Made by a program: the position numbers and the translations under genes. This document shows, piece after piece, positions 8,460 through 17,311 of a stretch of DNA of 35,530 nucleotides (within the stretch, counting starts at the first letter, position 1; each line of letters begins with the position of its first letter). Under the pieces are notes generated by a model. The model did no database searches. It had not been told where the DNA came from and was given only the letters and a program-made list of their open reading frames with translations. Source of the DNA: Planctomycetota bacterium (GTDB lineage: Bacteria > Planctomycetota > GCA-002687715 > DRQF01); contig JALTLO010000019.1 in NCBI GenBank assembly GCA_027001995.1, positions 13,334 through 48,863 of the forward strand, written 5' to 3'.

Positions 8460-10526
8460 ATGACGCAAAACAGCGCCCTGAAACTGACGAGAAGCATTGC
8501 AGCCCTCCTCGTTGTCTTGGTTGGACAAAGAAGTTACGAGCTCATGACCTTGCGAAGAGTCGACACTGAACTCGAATCTCTCTCAAGAAAAATGACCAAC
8601 AGCGAAGACACCGCCAACCTCACAGCGGCAATCGATCAATTCGAAGAAACAAGCGGTGGCCACCAAACTAAGAATCAAGCCCTGAGACTTGCGGACATCA
8701 AACGGACTGCCACAGACCGATTCTTAGACGATTCGACATTCTTCTCATGGAGTAGTGGCAGCGAAAAAGGTTCGATTCCTATCAAAAAAATCCGACAGAC
8801 ATCGACCCCCATTGGCATCAAAAGCCCCCCAACTATTGGACTTCATCTCGATTCAAGCGCCGAGCTCCCGACCTTCCTAAGAGACCTCAAAGTCAACGGC
8901 ATGCCCCTCGGATCAAAAGGGGCAACGGAGAAATCGCCAACGGGATCAATCGAAGAATTCACCAAGAGCAAAACCGTCCCCGTTTTGATCACCAATTCAG
9001 ATGGCTACGCCGCCGAACTTCCGATCAAATTTCAAGTCGACAACGATGCCCCTCAATTCAAACTCTACATCAAGAATCGAGGCGTCATTGAACCAGATGA
9101 AGACGACCGGGTTGGCCTCAAACCAGAAGAAACACTCAGCGTCATGATCCAAGACGCCACAATCGTGAAGAATGCACGTTTCGCCTTTCACCAAGAGTAC
9201 GAAATCAAAGACGAGCGCAATCCAATCCATAACGTGACGATTGGCCAAACTACCACCACAACAGAGTTTCGCGGCCAAGCCACGGATTGGGCAGGAAACA
9301 CGGCTTCCATCGCTTTTAAGGTAGGTCCTTGGCGCAAACCACTGCCAAAAATCGAGACCCTCACAGTTGCGGGACAGGACGCCACCCAAGGCCGCGCAGC
9401 CCAATGCAAAGAAGACCAAGTTGAAATTGCCCTGCGCTTCAAAGGAGGCGATGTGGACCGCACTCTCTTCGTCAGGACAGAAGGGGCCGCGTATCCTTTG
9501 CTGCGATCCGGATCGAGTTTCATTGCCAAGGACGTCAACATCCTTGGAGGTGATACTTGGAGTGGCGAAGTCGTCCTTAAGCAAATTGACCGAGATTTCT
9601 CTCTCACCAAGATTCAGGTTCGCCTGGACAAATCAAAGCCAATAGTCCGGCTCTATGATGAAAAAGACAACGTCATCATTCCAGAGACCATCGAAGCAAG
9701 ATCTGGAACAACCTGGACACTCGCGATCGAAGATAACTTGGAGCTCGCAACGGTAGAAGTCATCAGCGATCATCCCACAGAACTCAAAGTAACCCGTCAA
9801 GAAGTCAGGAAGTCGTTCCAGAGTTTCGGCATCTCGGTACAAGGCTCAGGAACCATTGAAATCAAAACCCGCGACTTGGCAGGCAACACGACCACGAAGA
9901 AGATCGTCTTCAGCTTGACCGCCAAGATGGGGCCTCGTGACGGGGCAGGTCCCAAGATCACTCTGTGGCAAGGCAACAATCCCATCCTTCGTGAAGAACA
10001 AGTTTTTTTTTGGCGTGAGGCCAAGGGAATCCAACTCAAAATCGAAGACCCATCGGGTATTGATCTGGACACCTTGCGATGCGAACGCAGTGCAGCGGAT
10101 GTCTCAAAGGCGAAGCAAGCCCCAACAAGTATGACCCTGCCTATCACAATTGACTCAAATCCTCGCATCGAGGTCGCCGATGTCTATGGGGAGGTCACCG
10201 ACCGCCAGTTTCTGATCCAAGTGGTCAAGAGTGCCGCCGAAATTGGCTTATTAAAGGACACAAAAATAGTCACGGAATTGCCGATAGAATTCCAGTGGAA
10301 GATTCAAGAAGGTGGCTTAGATTCCCGGCTTTCCGTGGAATTAGAAGACCCTGAAGGCCTGACCACCACGGTCAAAAGGAATGACAGTGACATCAAGAAT
10401 CGGGGGATCATCCACAAGCTTCCCACCGCAAAAAACGGGGTCTGGAAATTACGCCTCAAGTTTAGGGCGTTCGACGGTACGAAAGTCATCGCAACAGAAG
10501 AATTTAGGGTCAACCTGAAGACCTAA
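8460..10526 (+). CDS. Membrane-anchored or exported protein with repeated Ig-like beta domains
   Basis: N-terminal hydrophobic helix and beta-rich body. Recurring bacterial Ig-like motifs: VDNDAPQFKL...ATDWAGNTAS; LDKSKPIVRL...TRDLAGNTTTKKI; DGAGPKITL...EDPSGID...VADVYGEVT. ATG 8460 preferred over TTG 8448. Confidence 0.7.
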   Translation: MTQNSALKLTRSIAALLVVLVGQRSYELMTLRRVDTELESLSRKMTNSEDTANLTAAIDQFEETSGGHQTKNQALRLADIKRTATDRFLDDSTFFSWSSGSEKGSIPIKKIRQTSTPIGIKSPPTIGLHLDSSAELPTFLRDLKVNGMPLGSKGATEKSPTGSIEEFTKSKTVPVLITNSDGYAAELPIKFQVDNDAPQFKLYIKNRGVIEPDEDDRVGLKPEETLSVMIQDATIVKNARFAFHQEYEIKDERNPIHNVTIGQTTTTTEFRGQATDWAGNTASIAFKVGPWRKPLPKIETLTVAGQDATQGRAAQCKEDQVEIALRFKGGDVDRTLFVRTEGAAYPLLRSGSSFIAKDVNILGGDTWSGEVVLKQIDRDFSLTKIQVRLDKSKPIVRLYDEKDNVIIPETIEARSGTTWTLAIEDNLELATVEVISDHPTELKVTRQEVRKSFQSFGISVQGSGTIEIKTRDLAGNTTTKKIVFSLTAKMGPRDGAGPKITLWQGNNPILREEQVFFWREAKGIQLKIEDPSGIDLDTLRCERSAADVSKAKQAPTSMTLPITIDSNPRIEVADVYGEVTDRQFLIQVVKSAAEIGLLKDTKIVTELPIEFQWKIQEGGLDSRLSVELEDPEGLTTTVKRNDSDIKNRGIIHKLPTAKNGVWKLRLKFRAFDGTKVIATEEFRVNLKT

Positions 10527-10654
10527 GTTCCTGGTAGGAGATCAGAAAGGAAATCGAAGCAGTCCTAAACGATAATAAATCTTGCTTAGGCAAAGAATCT
10601 GAACCAAGCAAAACGTAGAATGACTGGTACGCGTCGATTCCGAAAGAGCAATCT

Positions 10655-11158
10655 ATGAAAGTCATGATCAACCATCTGACTGGCAGCAAGTCAGGAATCA
10701 AAGAATCATTCAACCGCGAGTCTGTCATCATTGGCCGCGGCAATTGCAACGATGTATCCTTAGACCCGTTCTTGGATCCCACTGTCTCTTCTCAGCACGC
10801 AGAAATTCGCTTTGAGGACAATACATTCGTGCTCTACGACATGGGCAGCCTCAATGGCACCTACCTGAATGGCTGCGGGGTCCGTCGGGCCACTCTTCAC
10901 GATGGTGACGAGATATCCTTGGGTCAAGAGGGGCCCAAGCTCGTTTTTCGGTTCTCAGACACAGGCAGCCCCGCACCCAGTGGAGGGCTTGCCAGAGCAC
11001 TCAAACGAATGGGACCACGCCGTGGCCCCTCAACGTCGATGGAAACAGAAATCCCCTTACTCAACGAACGGGTGGTCAGCCCTCATTTCTTGATCTATGT
11101 GGCGGCAATTCTCTTGCTTGCTTTAGTGGCGCTTCTGACCTGGAAGATCGTTTACTGA
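10655..11158 (+). CDS. FHA domain protein with a C-terminal transmembrane anchor
   Basis: FHA motifs IGR, VSSQHA, DMGSLNGTYLNG, LHDGDEISLG; C-terminal hydrophobic helix FLIYVAAILLLALVALLTW. Confidence 0.93.
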   Translation: MKVMINHLTGSKSGIKESFNRESVIIGRGNCNDVSLDPFLDPTVSSQHAEIRFEDNTFVLYDMGSLNGTYLNGCGVRRATLHDGDEISLGQEGPKLVFRFSDTGSPAPSGGLARALKRMGPRRGPSTSMETEIPLLNERVVSPHFLIYVAAILLLALVALLTWKIVY

Positions 11159-12741
11159 TGGATGAATCCAAGCCTGGGGCTGAGCTCCCTTCCTGGCTCG
11201 GACGCTCTGCCGACTTCCTACTCCTTATCTTTTGTCTCGTCATTTTTGGTTTTCAGATCTCGTGGATTGATGACCCATGGGACAACTCCCATTGTGGGGT
11301 CAACAGTGGGGCTTACTACGGTTACGCCTGCAAAGGAATTGATGCTTTCGGATACGGTGAAGCGCGAGGCCAAGGTCCTCTCCTTTTCCACCCTGACGGT
11401 AAGGGACTGTTTTTGCCCTATACCAATCATCCTGGGACCATCTATACCATCTTCTATCCGGCTTATCGTTACCTAGGCCAAAATGAAAGAGCGCTCCGCA
11501 TACCCATCTTGGTCATCCTGTTGATCAACATATTGATACTACGATTCCTTCTCGTTCCCATCATCGGACGCTTAGGAGCAACGTCCGCAGCGATTGGTTT
11601 TGCTTCCCTGCCCATGATGTATCAGTTCGGCAAGATGGTCGACATCCCACTCTTTTGCTTGGCCCTTTTTGTTCCAGTCGTCACTTCTTGGCTTCGCTAT
11701 CGCGCTCAACCATCAAAGGGCCGCTGGTTCCTTTTTGCCCTTCTTGCCTTCGTCGCCGGATCTTTGGACTGGTTCTGCTATTTCTTAGGGCCAATTCTCT
11801 GTTGCGACATCCTATTGACGAGGAATTCCTTCAAGCAGAAACTCCGCTTGGGCCTCTTAGCATTGCTCCCCTTTGCTGTCGCTTTTGTTCTTGTCTTCAG
11901 TTGGTTGCTCTGGGCAGAAGGAAGCGTAGATCAACTTAGCGACACTTTCAGTGGTCTTTTCCGTGCTGTCGGTTTTCGCAGCGATGAAACGAATACCGAA
12001 TACTTCATTGCCAAAGTAAGCTGGAGTTATTGGTGGGAATCCGTCACCACCCACGGATCATTCACCTTCACCAAGCCATTCCTCGGATTAGCGGCCTTAG
12101 GTTTGTTGGCATCTCTTGTCATTCGAAATTATCGCCATCGCCACCTGCGTTGTGGCCTCATGCTCTTAGTAGCAGGCCTCTTGCCGTGCTTGGCCTTTCG
12201 CACTCATGCCAGCAAACACGAATTCTGGCCTATGGTCAGCTTAGCTGGATTCGCCCTCTTCTTCGGCGTTGGGATTCGAGCGCTCTACGACGTAGCGAAG
12301 AGACTCAAGCTTTCCCCCGGTGGGATTGTCTTGATTGCCTTGGTTGCCTGCGGCTCTTATGGAGCTACCAGTGGTTACCACTTCAAGAAACTCCGGGAAG
12401 GCAAGCATGACCACAGGTTGACCGCAATCGAAATGAACCGTGCTTTTGGGCCAGAGGACTTGGTTTTCACTTCTGATTCCCTGTCACCGTCTCGCTTCTA
12501 TCGCAATTTCGTCACGGTCCCCCAAGCCACGAACCCCTTCTACTTCCGTCATGTTCTGAAGAGGATCAGGAAAAACCGAGGACAATTCAAAAGAGCATTC
12601 ATGTTGTGGAATAAGAGTTCGAAAGATGATTGGAAATGGCTCAAAGACATTCCTTCTATCGGCGAACTGAAAGAAGTCAGCTTTGGCGGTTCCCAGTACT
12701 TTTCGCGGGAAATCGACATCAACCGCCTTTGGGATTACTGA
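11158..12741 (+). CDS. Polytopic GT-C fold glycosyltransferase (ArnT/PMT-like)
   Basis: About 11 TM segments, loop motifs YTNHPG and ERALRIP, and a C-terminal soluble domain. TGATG overlap with the upstream FHA gene. Confidence 0.75.
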   Translation: MDESKPGAELPSWLGRSADFLLLIFCLVIFGFQISWIDDPWDNSHCGVNSGAYYGYACKGIDAFGYGEARGQGPLLFHPDGKGLFLPYTNHPGTIYTIFYPAYRYLGQNERALRIPILVILLINILILRFLLVPIIGRLGATSAAIGFASLPMMYQFGKMVDIPLFCLALFVPVVTSWLRYRAQPSKGRWFLFALLAFVAGSLDWFCYFLGPILCCDILLTRNSFKQKLRLGLLALLPFAVAFVLVFSWLLWAEGSVDQLSDTFSGLFRAVGFRSDETNTEYFIAKVSWSYWWESVTTHGSFTFTKPFLGLAALGLLASLVIRNYRHRHLRCGLMLLVAGLLPCLAFRTHASKHEFWPMVSLAGFALFFGVGIRALYDVAKRLKLSPGGIVLIALVACGSYGATSGYHFKKLREGKHDHRLTAIEMNRAFGPEDLVFTSDSLSPSRFYRNFVTVPQATNPFYFRHVLKRIRKNRGQFKRAFMLWNKSSKDDWKWLKDIPSIGELKEVSFGGSQYFSREIDINRLWDY

Positions 12742-12780
12742 TCCCAAAGGCCGATGGGAGTGAGCGCGGAGAGTAGGTGC

Positions 12781-14376
12781 CTATGCGCCCTTTTCAAAGC
12801 GCATCGAACTGGAACCACAACGAAGAATGTCACCGGCTTGCAGCACTTCTTTGCCAACAATTTTCACTTCGTTGAGGAAGGAGCCGTTCGTCGAACCCAA
12901 GTCTTCTACTGTGAACGAACGACCATCAAAGGTGATCGCTGTGTGATGCCGAGAAATCTCAGGATCGTGAGGTCGAATGTCTACCCGCAGATCTCGTCCG
13001 ATTCGACTGACCGGGCGTAGACCAAAACGCCGTCCTTTATCTGGCCCACTGATGACAACCAAATAAGCGTTCAACTCTGACTTGTCCGACATTTTAGCCG
13101 GTTTGTTGCTACGGAATTGGTCGGCAAAAGGAATGGTATCTTCGATGTCGAATTCCGGAATGGACGATTCTTCAGCATCAAAGCTAGACTCGGCGGGAGT
13201 TTCTTTGGGGGCCGCAGCGGCACCCCCTCCTACCAAACTCGCTTGTATCGTTCTTTTGCCTGGCAACATGAAGTAGAGCAAGAAACCAATCAGCAGGCCA
13301 ACCCCAGCACCAAGTCCATAGAGAATGCCTGGTGAAGTTTCTCCAAGCTCCCTTGGAAACATCGTCGGAGCAAAATGAGTGGCAATCATGACCAACAGCA
13401 AAGCCGTCGCTGCCACGGCTCCTCGAAGAGCCGAACTGAGACCATTGCCCCGGTCCGAGCCCGCCGCCGGAATCGCACTGGCGTCAAAGGCGAGGTCATC
13501 CAGGTTATGAATGTCTGTATGGCTTCGCTTTTGCCGAATTACGATTTTGCGTTTGATCAACTCAGGAAAGTGTTTCGCCAAGTCCTTGCGGAATTCCTTG
13601 GCCGACTTATAGCGGTCCTTGGGCTTCTGGGCGATGGACTTCATCACGATGCGTTCGAGTTGGGGTGAGATCGGGCGGTAGGCCGAAGGTGGCGTCGCCG
13701 TGCCCTGACAAACTCGAAGAGCAAAGTCCCTGAGAGGCTCATCTTCCCGCAGGAATTCGAAAGGTTTCCTGTCTGTGAGCATCTCATAGAAGGTCACACC
13801 AAGGGCATAGACGTCTGTTTGCTGGTTGCACATGCCCTGAGTCAAATACTCTGGAGCCATGTAAACCGTTGTGCCTAAAACGAAACCTTGCTGAGTCAGG
13901 TTCTTTCCGCCAACGACTTTAGTGATGCCAAAATCAGTGAGTTTCGCTTCCCCTTCGGAGTTGATGAGGATGTTGTTCGGTTTTAAGTCTCGATGAATGT
14001 AGCCATGGTTATGGCTGTATTGGATGGCATCCAGCACGCTGTAGAAGATCGGCACAGCGTAACGGGGTGGAACAGCCCCCATTTCCTTGATCATATCTTC
14101 CACAGACCCTTGGTCCATGTATTCCAAGATCAAGTAATGATAACCGTCCTGAAAGTGGTACTCGACAAACTGCACGATGTTCTTGTGCACGAGTTGCTTG
14201 AGGGCTTCCGCCTCGCGGACAAACCTCTCTTCGAGATTGTCCTCATCGGCGATACTCGGCTTCAGCATCTTAACGGCTACGACATGGCCTCCCCCTTCGC
14301 CCTTAAAGACAAAAGCGTGACCGCCATCACCGATCTCTTGGCTGATCAAGTATTTTCCGACTTGGGTACCGATCAT
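12781..14376 (-). CDS. Ser/Thr protein kinase with two TM helices and a C-terminal FHA domain
   Basis: Kinase motifs IGDGGHA, VAVK, HRDLKPNN, TDFG, YMAPE, DVYALG; two hydrophobic helices; FHA motifs RIGRD, ISRHH, DLGSTNGS. Confidence 0.95.
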   Translation of the reverse strand: MIGTQVGKYLISQEIGDGGHAFVFKGEGGGHVVAVKMLKPSIADEDNLEERFVREAEALKQLVHKNIVQFVEYHFQDGYHYLILEYMDQGSVEDMIKEMGAVPPRYAVPIFYSVLDAIQYSHNHGYIHRDLKPNNILINSEGEAKLTDFGITKVVGGKNLTQQGFVLGTTVYMAPEYLTQGMCNQQTDVYALGVTFYEMLTDRKPFEFLREDEPLRDFALRVCQGTATPPSAYRPISPQLERIVMKSIAQKPKDRYKSAKEFRKDLAKHFPELIKRKIVIRQKRSHTDIHNLDDLAFDASAIPAAGSDRGNGLSSALRGAVAATALLLVMIATHFAPTMFPRELGETSPGILYGLGAGVGLLIGFLLYFMLPGKRTIQASLVGGGAAAAPKETPAESSFDAEESSIPEFDIEDTIPFADQFRSNKPAKMSDKSELNAYLVVISGPDKGRRFGLRPVSRIGRDLRVDIRPHDPEISRHHTAITFDGRSFTVEDLGSTNGSFLNEVKIVGKEVLQAGDILRCGSSSMRFEKGA

Positions 14377-14487
14377 GAATCTGCCCGTATGAGCACCAAA
14401 AATGGTGCAACAAGTCCTTTAATCCAATGCCTCAATCATCGTTCACTTGAACGAAAATAATTGGGCTTTCACCCCGTTCAATTTTGA

Positions 14488-15591
14488 TCAGAACTTACCG
14501 ATCAAAAACTGCAAAATGACCAATAAGATAACTTCAGCACCGATGAGCCAATACCAACCCACGGAGATTCCTGACCCCTTATTGCCAATATCCCTTACTG
14601 TATCCGCACCCAAATCAACTCCACTCGCTTCGGCACCCTTAAGAATAGCGACATCATAGCGACCAGTATGATCTGAACGGTTATTTGATGGTGGACGAGG
14701 AACGCCTTCTGCCGTATCGGCCTCCGAATCTTCCAGTAAGGAAGGATCGAGGTCATCACGCTTTATGATGGGGGTCATTTGAGCGTTGCACTGGAGGAAC
14801 TGTTCTTCGTCAAGTTGTTTGAGATTCTTGTCTTCTGCGGGAAAGGCGTGGATCTTGATCACCGCCACGGTGATATTGTCGTCTCCGCCTCTTGCGTTGG
14901 CCAAGTCGATGAGCTTGAGACAGGCTTCTTTGCTCGGCATCGAACGCACAACTTCACCCGTCTCTGCCATTCCCACAAAATTACTGAGGCCATCGCTGCA
15001 AATACAAATGATGTCGCCCAGTTCCAAATTGCGATGGTTAAAGTCAATTTCGAGCCGGGTAGACATACCCACACAACGTGTGATGATATTCTTGTCAGGA
15101 TGCCCCTCGGCCTGCTCTGGTGTCAGTAACCCAATGTCGATCAATTCATTGAGATATGTGTGATCTCTGGTGACTTGTTCGTCCTCGTCCCCACGATACA
15201 TGTAGCAGCGCGAGTCACCGAGGTGGCCGACTACGAATGTCGTGCCACGAATAAGGGCGGCAACACAGGTCGTGCCCATATCTTTAAGCTGAACGTTCTC
15301 ATTCTGTTTCGCTTTAACAGCCTCGTTGCTGGCGAGAATGGACTCTTCGATCAGATCACGCATGGTGCTTTGCGTGGAAGCCTTGAAAGATTCGAGGATG
15401 GCGGCCGTGGTGGTTTGACTGGCAATGCTTCCGCCGGTGTGTCCACCCATACCGTCGGCGACGACCACGAGATGGCCCTTCTTCCGTTCTTCATCTTCAC
15501 CGGAAGCGATCGCCACGCAGAAGTGGTCCTGATTCTCCGAGCGGACCATGCCTACATGGGTCTCGACCGCGATCTCGACTTTATCTGCCAT
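14488..15591 (-). CDS. PP2C/PPM-family Ser/Thr phosphatase (Stp1/PrpC-like) with a C-terminal TM anchor
   Basis: THVGMVRSENQD, VADGMGGH, MGTT, HLGDSR, CSDGL, GGDDNIT; acidic linker, then WYWLIGAEVILLVILQFLIG. Start placed at ATG 15591 (GGAG upstream) rather than 15720. Confidence 0.96.
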   Translation of the reverse strand: MADKVEIAVETHVGMVRSENQDHFCVAIASGEDEERKKGHLVVVADGMGGHTGGSIASQTTTAAILESFKASTQSTMRDLIEESILASNEAVKAKQNENVQLKDMGTTCVAALIRGTTFVVGHLGDSRCYMYRGDEDEQVTRDHTYLNELIDIGLLTPEQAEGHPDKNIITRCVGMSTRLEIDFNHRNLELGDIICICSDGLSNFVGMAETGEVVRSMPSKEACLKLIDLANARGGDDNITVAVIKIHAFPAEDKNLKQLDEEQFLQCNAQMTPIIKRDDLDPSLLEDSEADTAEGVPRPPSNNRSDHTGRYDVAILKGAEASGVDLGADTVRDIGNKGSGISVGWYWLIGAEVILLVILQFLIGKF

Positions 15592-15660
15592 TGAGTTCTC
15601 CGAGCCGGATTCGTCCGCTTCCCAACGGCACCCCGGCAACATCTTGGGCGGTGACGATCT

Positions 15661-15689
15661 ACGTTGTCGATTTAGGGCGAATCTGTCAA
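15661..15689 (-). promoter_or_regulatory. Possible sigma70-type promoter for the PP2C-kinase pair
   Basis: Perfect TTGACA at 15689-15684, 17-nt spacer, weak -10 CAACGT. Confidence 0.3.
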
Positions 15690-15773
15690 GACCCTTCCGC
15701 GCTAAACCTTGGCCCAACATGAGCTTCGGCCCACAGCTAACCCCGGCTTGAGAAGAACTCTAAAGTCTCCAAT

Positions 15774-17261
15774 TCAAGAGCGGACAGAATAGGGGCTCTG
15801 ATTGAGACCTGACATCCCGGAAAACAAGCGAATTGACCCACCGGTGTCAACATAGACCGCTATTCTCACTTTGGCTTGGGGCCACTGAGAGGCAATATGA
15901 GCCAAATCATCCCTGATTTTTTCTGCCCACTGAGCATGACTCTTGCCCACCACGGCGAGAACGAAGACTTCTCGAGCCAACCCTGGACCAAAGGACGTGT
16001 GCAGCCAAGCCCGGCGCTTCACGTCATTAATAATTGTTGGCAACCTACTCGGAGCGGTCGTGGCCGCACAACCCAAGGTCATGAAACCCCCACGGCCCAA
16101 GAAGGCTGCCAGTCCTTGTTCACCCCAGTCCCCAAGAAAGGGCCGAAAATGGGCCAAGCGCTGGAGGCTGTCCAAAATCCCCAAAGTCGTGAAAGCGTAG
16201 TCGTCGTTCTCCGGATAATCCCCAGCAAAAGATTCTACGTGCTGACGGTCGACGCAAAGCACAGAGTTGAGCAGATCCAGGTCAAGAGCAGACTTCCACG
16301 GTCTGCCGTCAACCGCCTCATCGCTTGTATCTTGCACCAAGATCATGTGGATCCGCCCAGCCACAAAGCCACGGAGCTGTCGAAGAAAGGTATTCAGGCG
16401 GGATGTAGCCAGACTGCCAGCCCCAAAAAGATCTGCGGACGCCATCAAGAAAAGATCGCTCATGACGCTTCCTTGGGGCTTAAGCCAGGGATATAGGTCT
16501 GCCAAACTCAGTCCAGCCGCCACCGAAAGGGGAACCATTCCCTCCTCGTCTGCCACACGGATCACAGTTTTCGCTGGTGATTGAATGCGAGATTGAGGCA
16601 AGAGGGATTCCAGCAGGACTCTGACCCGAAGGCGTCCGAGCTGTGTCAAAGCAAGACCAAAGGAATCCCCAACTCGACCAAGCCCAAGAAAACTCCACTT
16701 AAACCGTCCCTGCTGGCTTTCGGGGCGATTTGAGATAATTTGCCCCACTTCCTCGTCGGGACGGAGGAAATGCATCTTGAGGCGAGGATTGAGTAGCCTT
16801 TGCCAGATATCTGAAGGATTGGGAGACTTGAAGGAAGCCCCAGAAGCCATCCTGATCACATCGAGCTCTGCTTGCAAAAGGCGATTCTTCGTCTTTTCTT
16901 CGAGGAGCTGGCGGGCGAGTGCCGACTCACTGGCATGAGCCGCGACTTCTTCAGGCTTGGGGGTTTGAGGCTCAGGTGCCAAAAACCTGAGGAGACTACT
17001 TCCTAGGCGAATGACGTCACCGTCCTTAAGGGGAACAGCCTCAATGCGCTCATCGCCCAAAAAAGAACCATTCCCAGACTGAAGGTCAGTGGCCTCCCAG
17101 TTACCACCCGTCGTTTCAGAAATCGCCAAGTGCTCGCGGGAGATCCATTCGTCGTCCAAAACCAAGTCACAGTGATCCAGACGACCAACCACAAATCGCG
17201 GCTGGTCGATTTCGACTCGGCGAATCACTTCGCTATTTTTCAGAACTTCTAAAATCGGCAT
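15774..17261 (-). CDS. FHA + short coiled coil + degenerate tubulin/FtsZ-like domain fusion protein
   Basis: FHA at aa 1-95 (VGR, ISREH, DLQSGNGS) is clear. Helical segment ALARQLLEEKTKNRLLQAELD follows. aa ~187-490 show the order of elements of FtsZ/CetZ-type proteins (SFLGLGRVGD; LFLMASADLFGAGS; SVLCVDRQ; LAAFLGRGGFMTLG; IAVYVD..IRLFSGMSGL). The tubulin-like call is by eye. Confidence 0.7.
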   Translation of the reverse strand: MPILEVLKNSEVIRRVEIDQPRFVVGRLDHCDLVLDDEWISREHLAISETTGGNWEATDLQSGNGSFLGDERIEAVPLKDGDVIRLGSSLLRFLAPEPQTPKPEEVAAHASESALARQLLEEKTKNRLLQAELDVIRMASGASFKSPNPSDIWQRLLNPRLKMHFLRPDEEVGQIISNRPESQQGRFKWSFLGLGRVGDSFGLALTQLGRLRVRVLLESLLPQSRIQSPAKTVIRVADEEGMVPLSVAAGLSLADLYPWLKPQGSVMSDLFLMASADLFGAGSLATSRLNTFLRQLRGFVAGRIHMILVQDTSDEAVDGRPWKSALDLDLLNSVLCVDRQHVESFAGDYPENDDYAFTTLGILDSLQRLAHFRPFLGDWGEQGLAAFLGRGGFMTLGCAATTAPSRLPTIINDVKRRAWLHTSFGPGLAREVFVLAVVGKSHAQWAEKIRDDLAHIASQWPQAKVRIAVYVDTGGSIRLFSGMSGLNQSPYSVRS

Positions 17262-17311
17262 GTATCGTCTCAGTCACCGTTTTACACTCCGACGGCGTCC
17301 GGCACAAAGCG

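Noticed and set aside
15592..15720. N-terminal extension of the PP2C ORF (similar extensions on GT2-TPR, epimerase and icd ORFs)
   Set aside because: Family homology begins at a downstream ATG, in most cases with a better RBS. The extensions are longest-ORF artefacts.
15774..17261. Calling the FHA fusion a bona fide ftsZ
   Set aside because: It lacks the GGGTGTG signature, the T7 NxDxxD motif and the C-terminal core peptide, and there is no dcw gene context.
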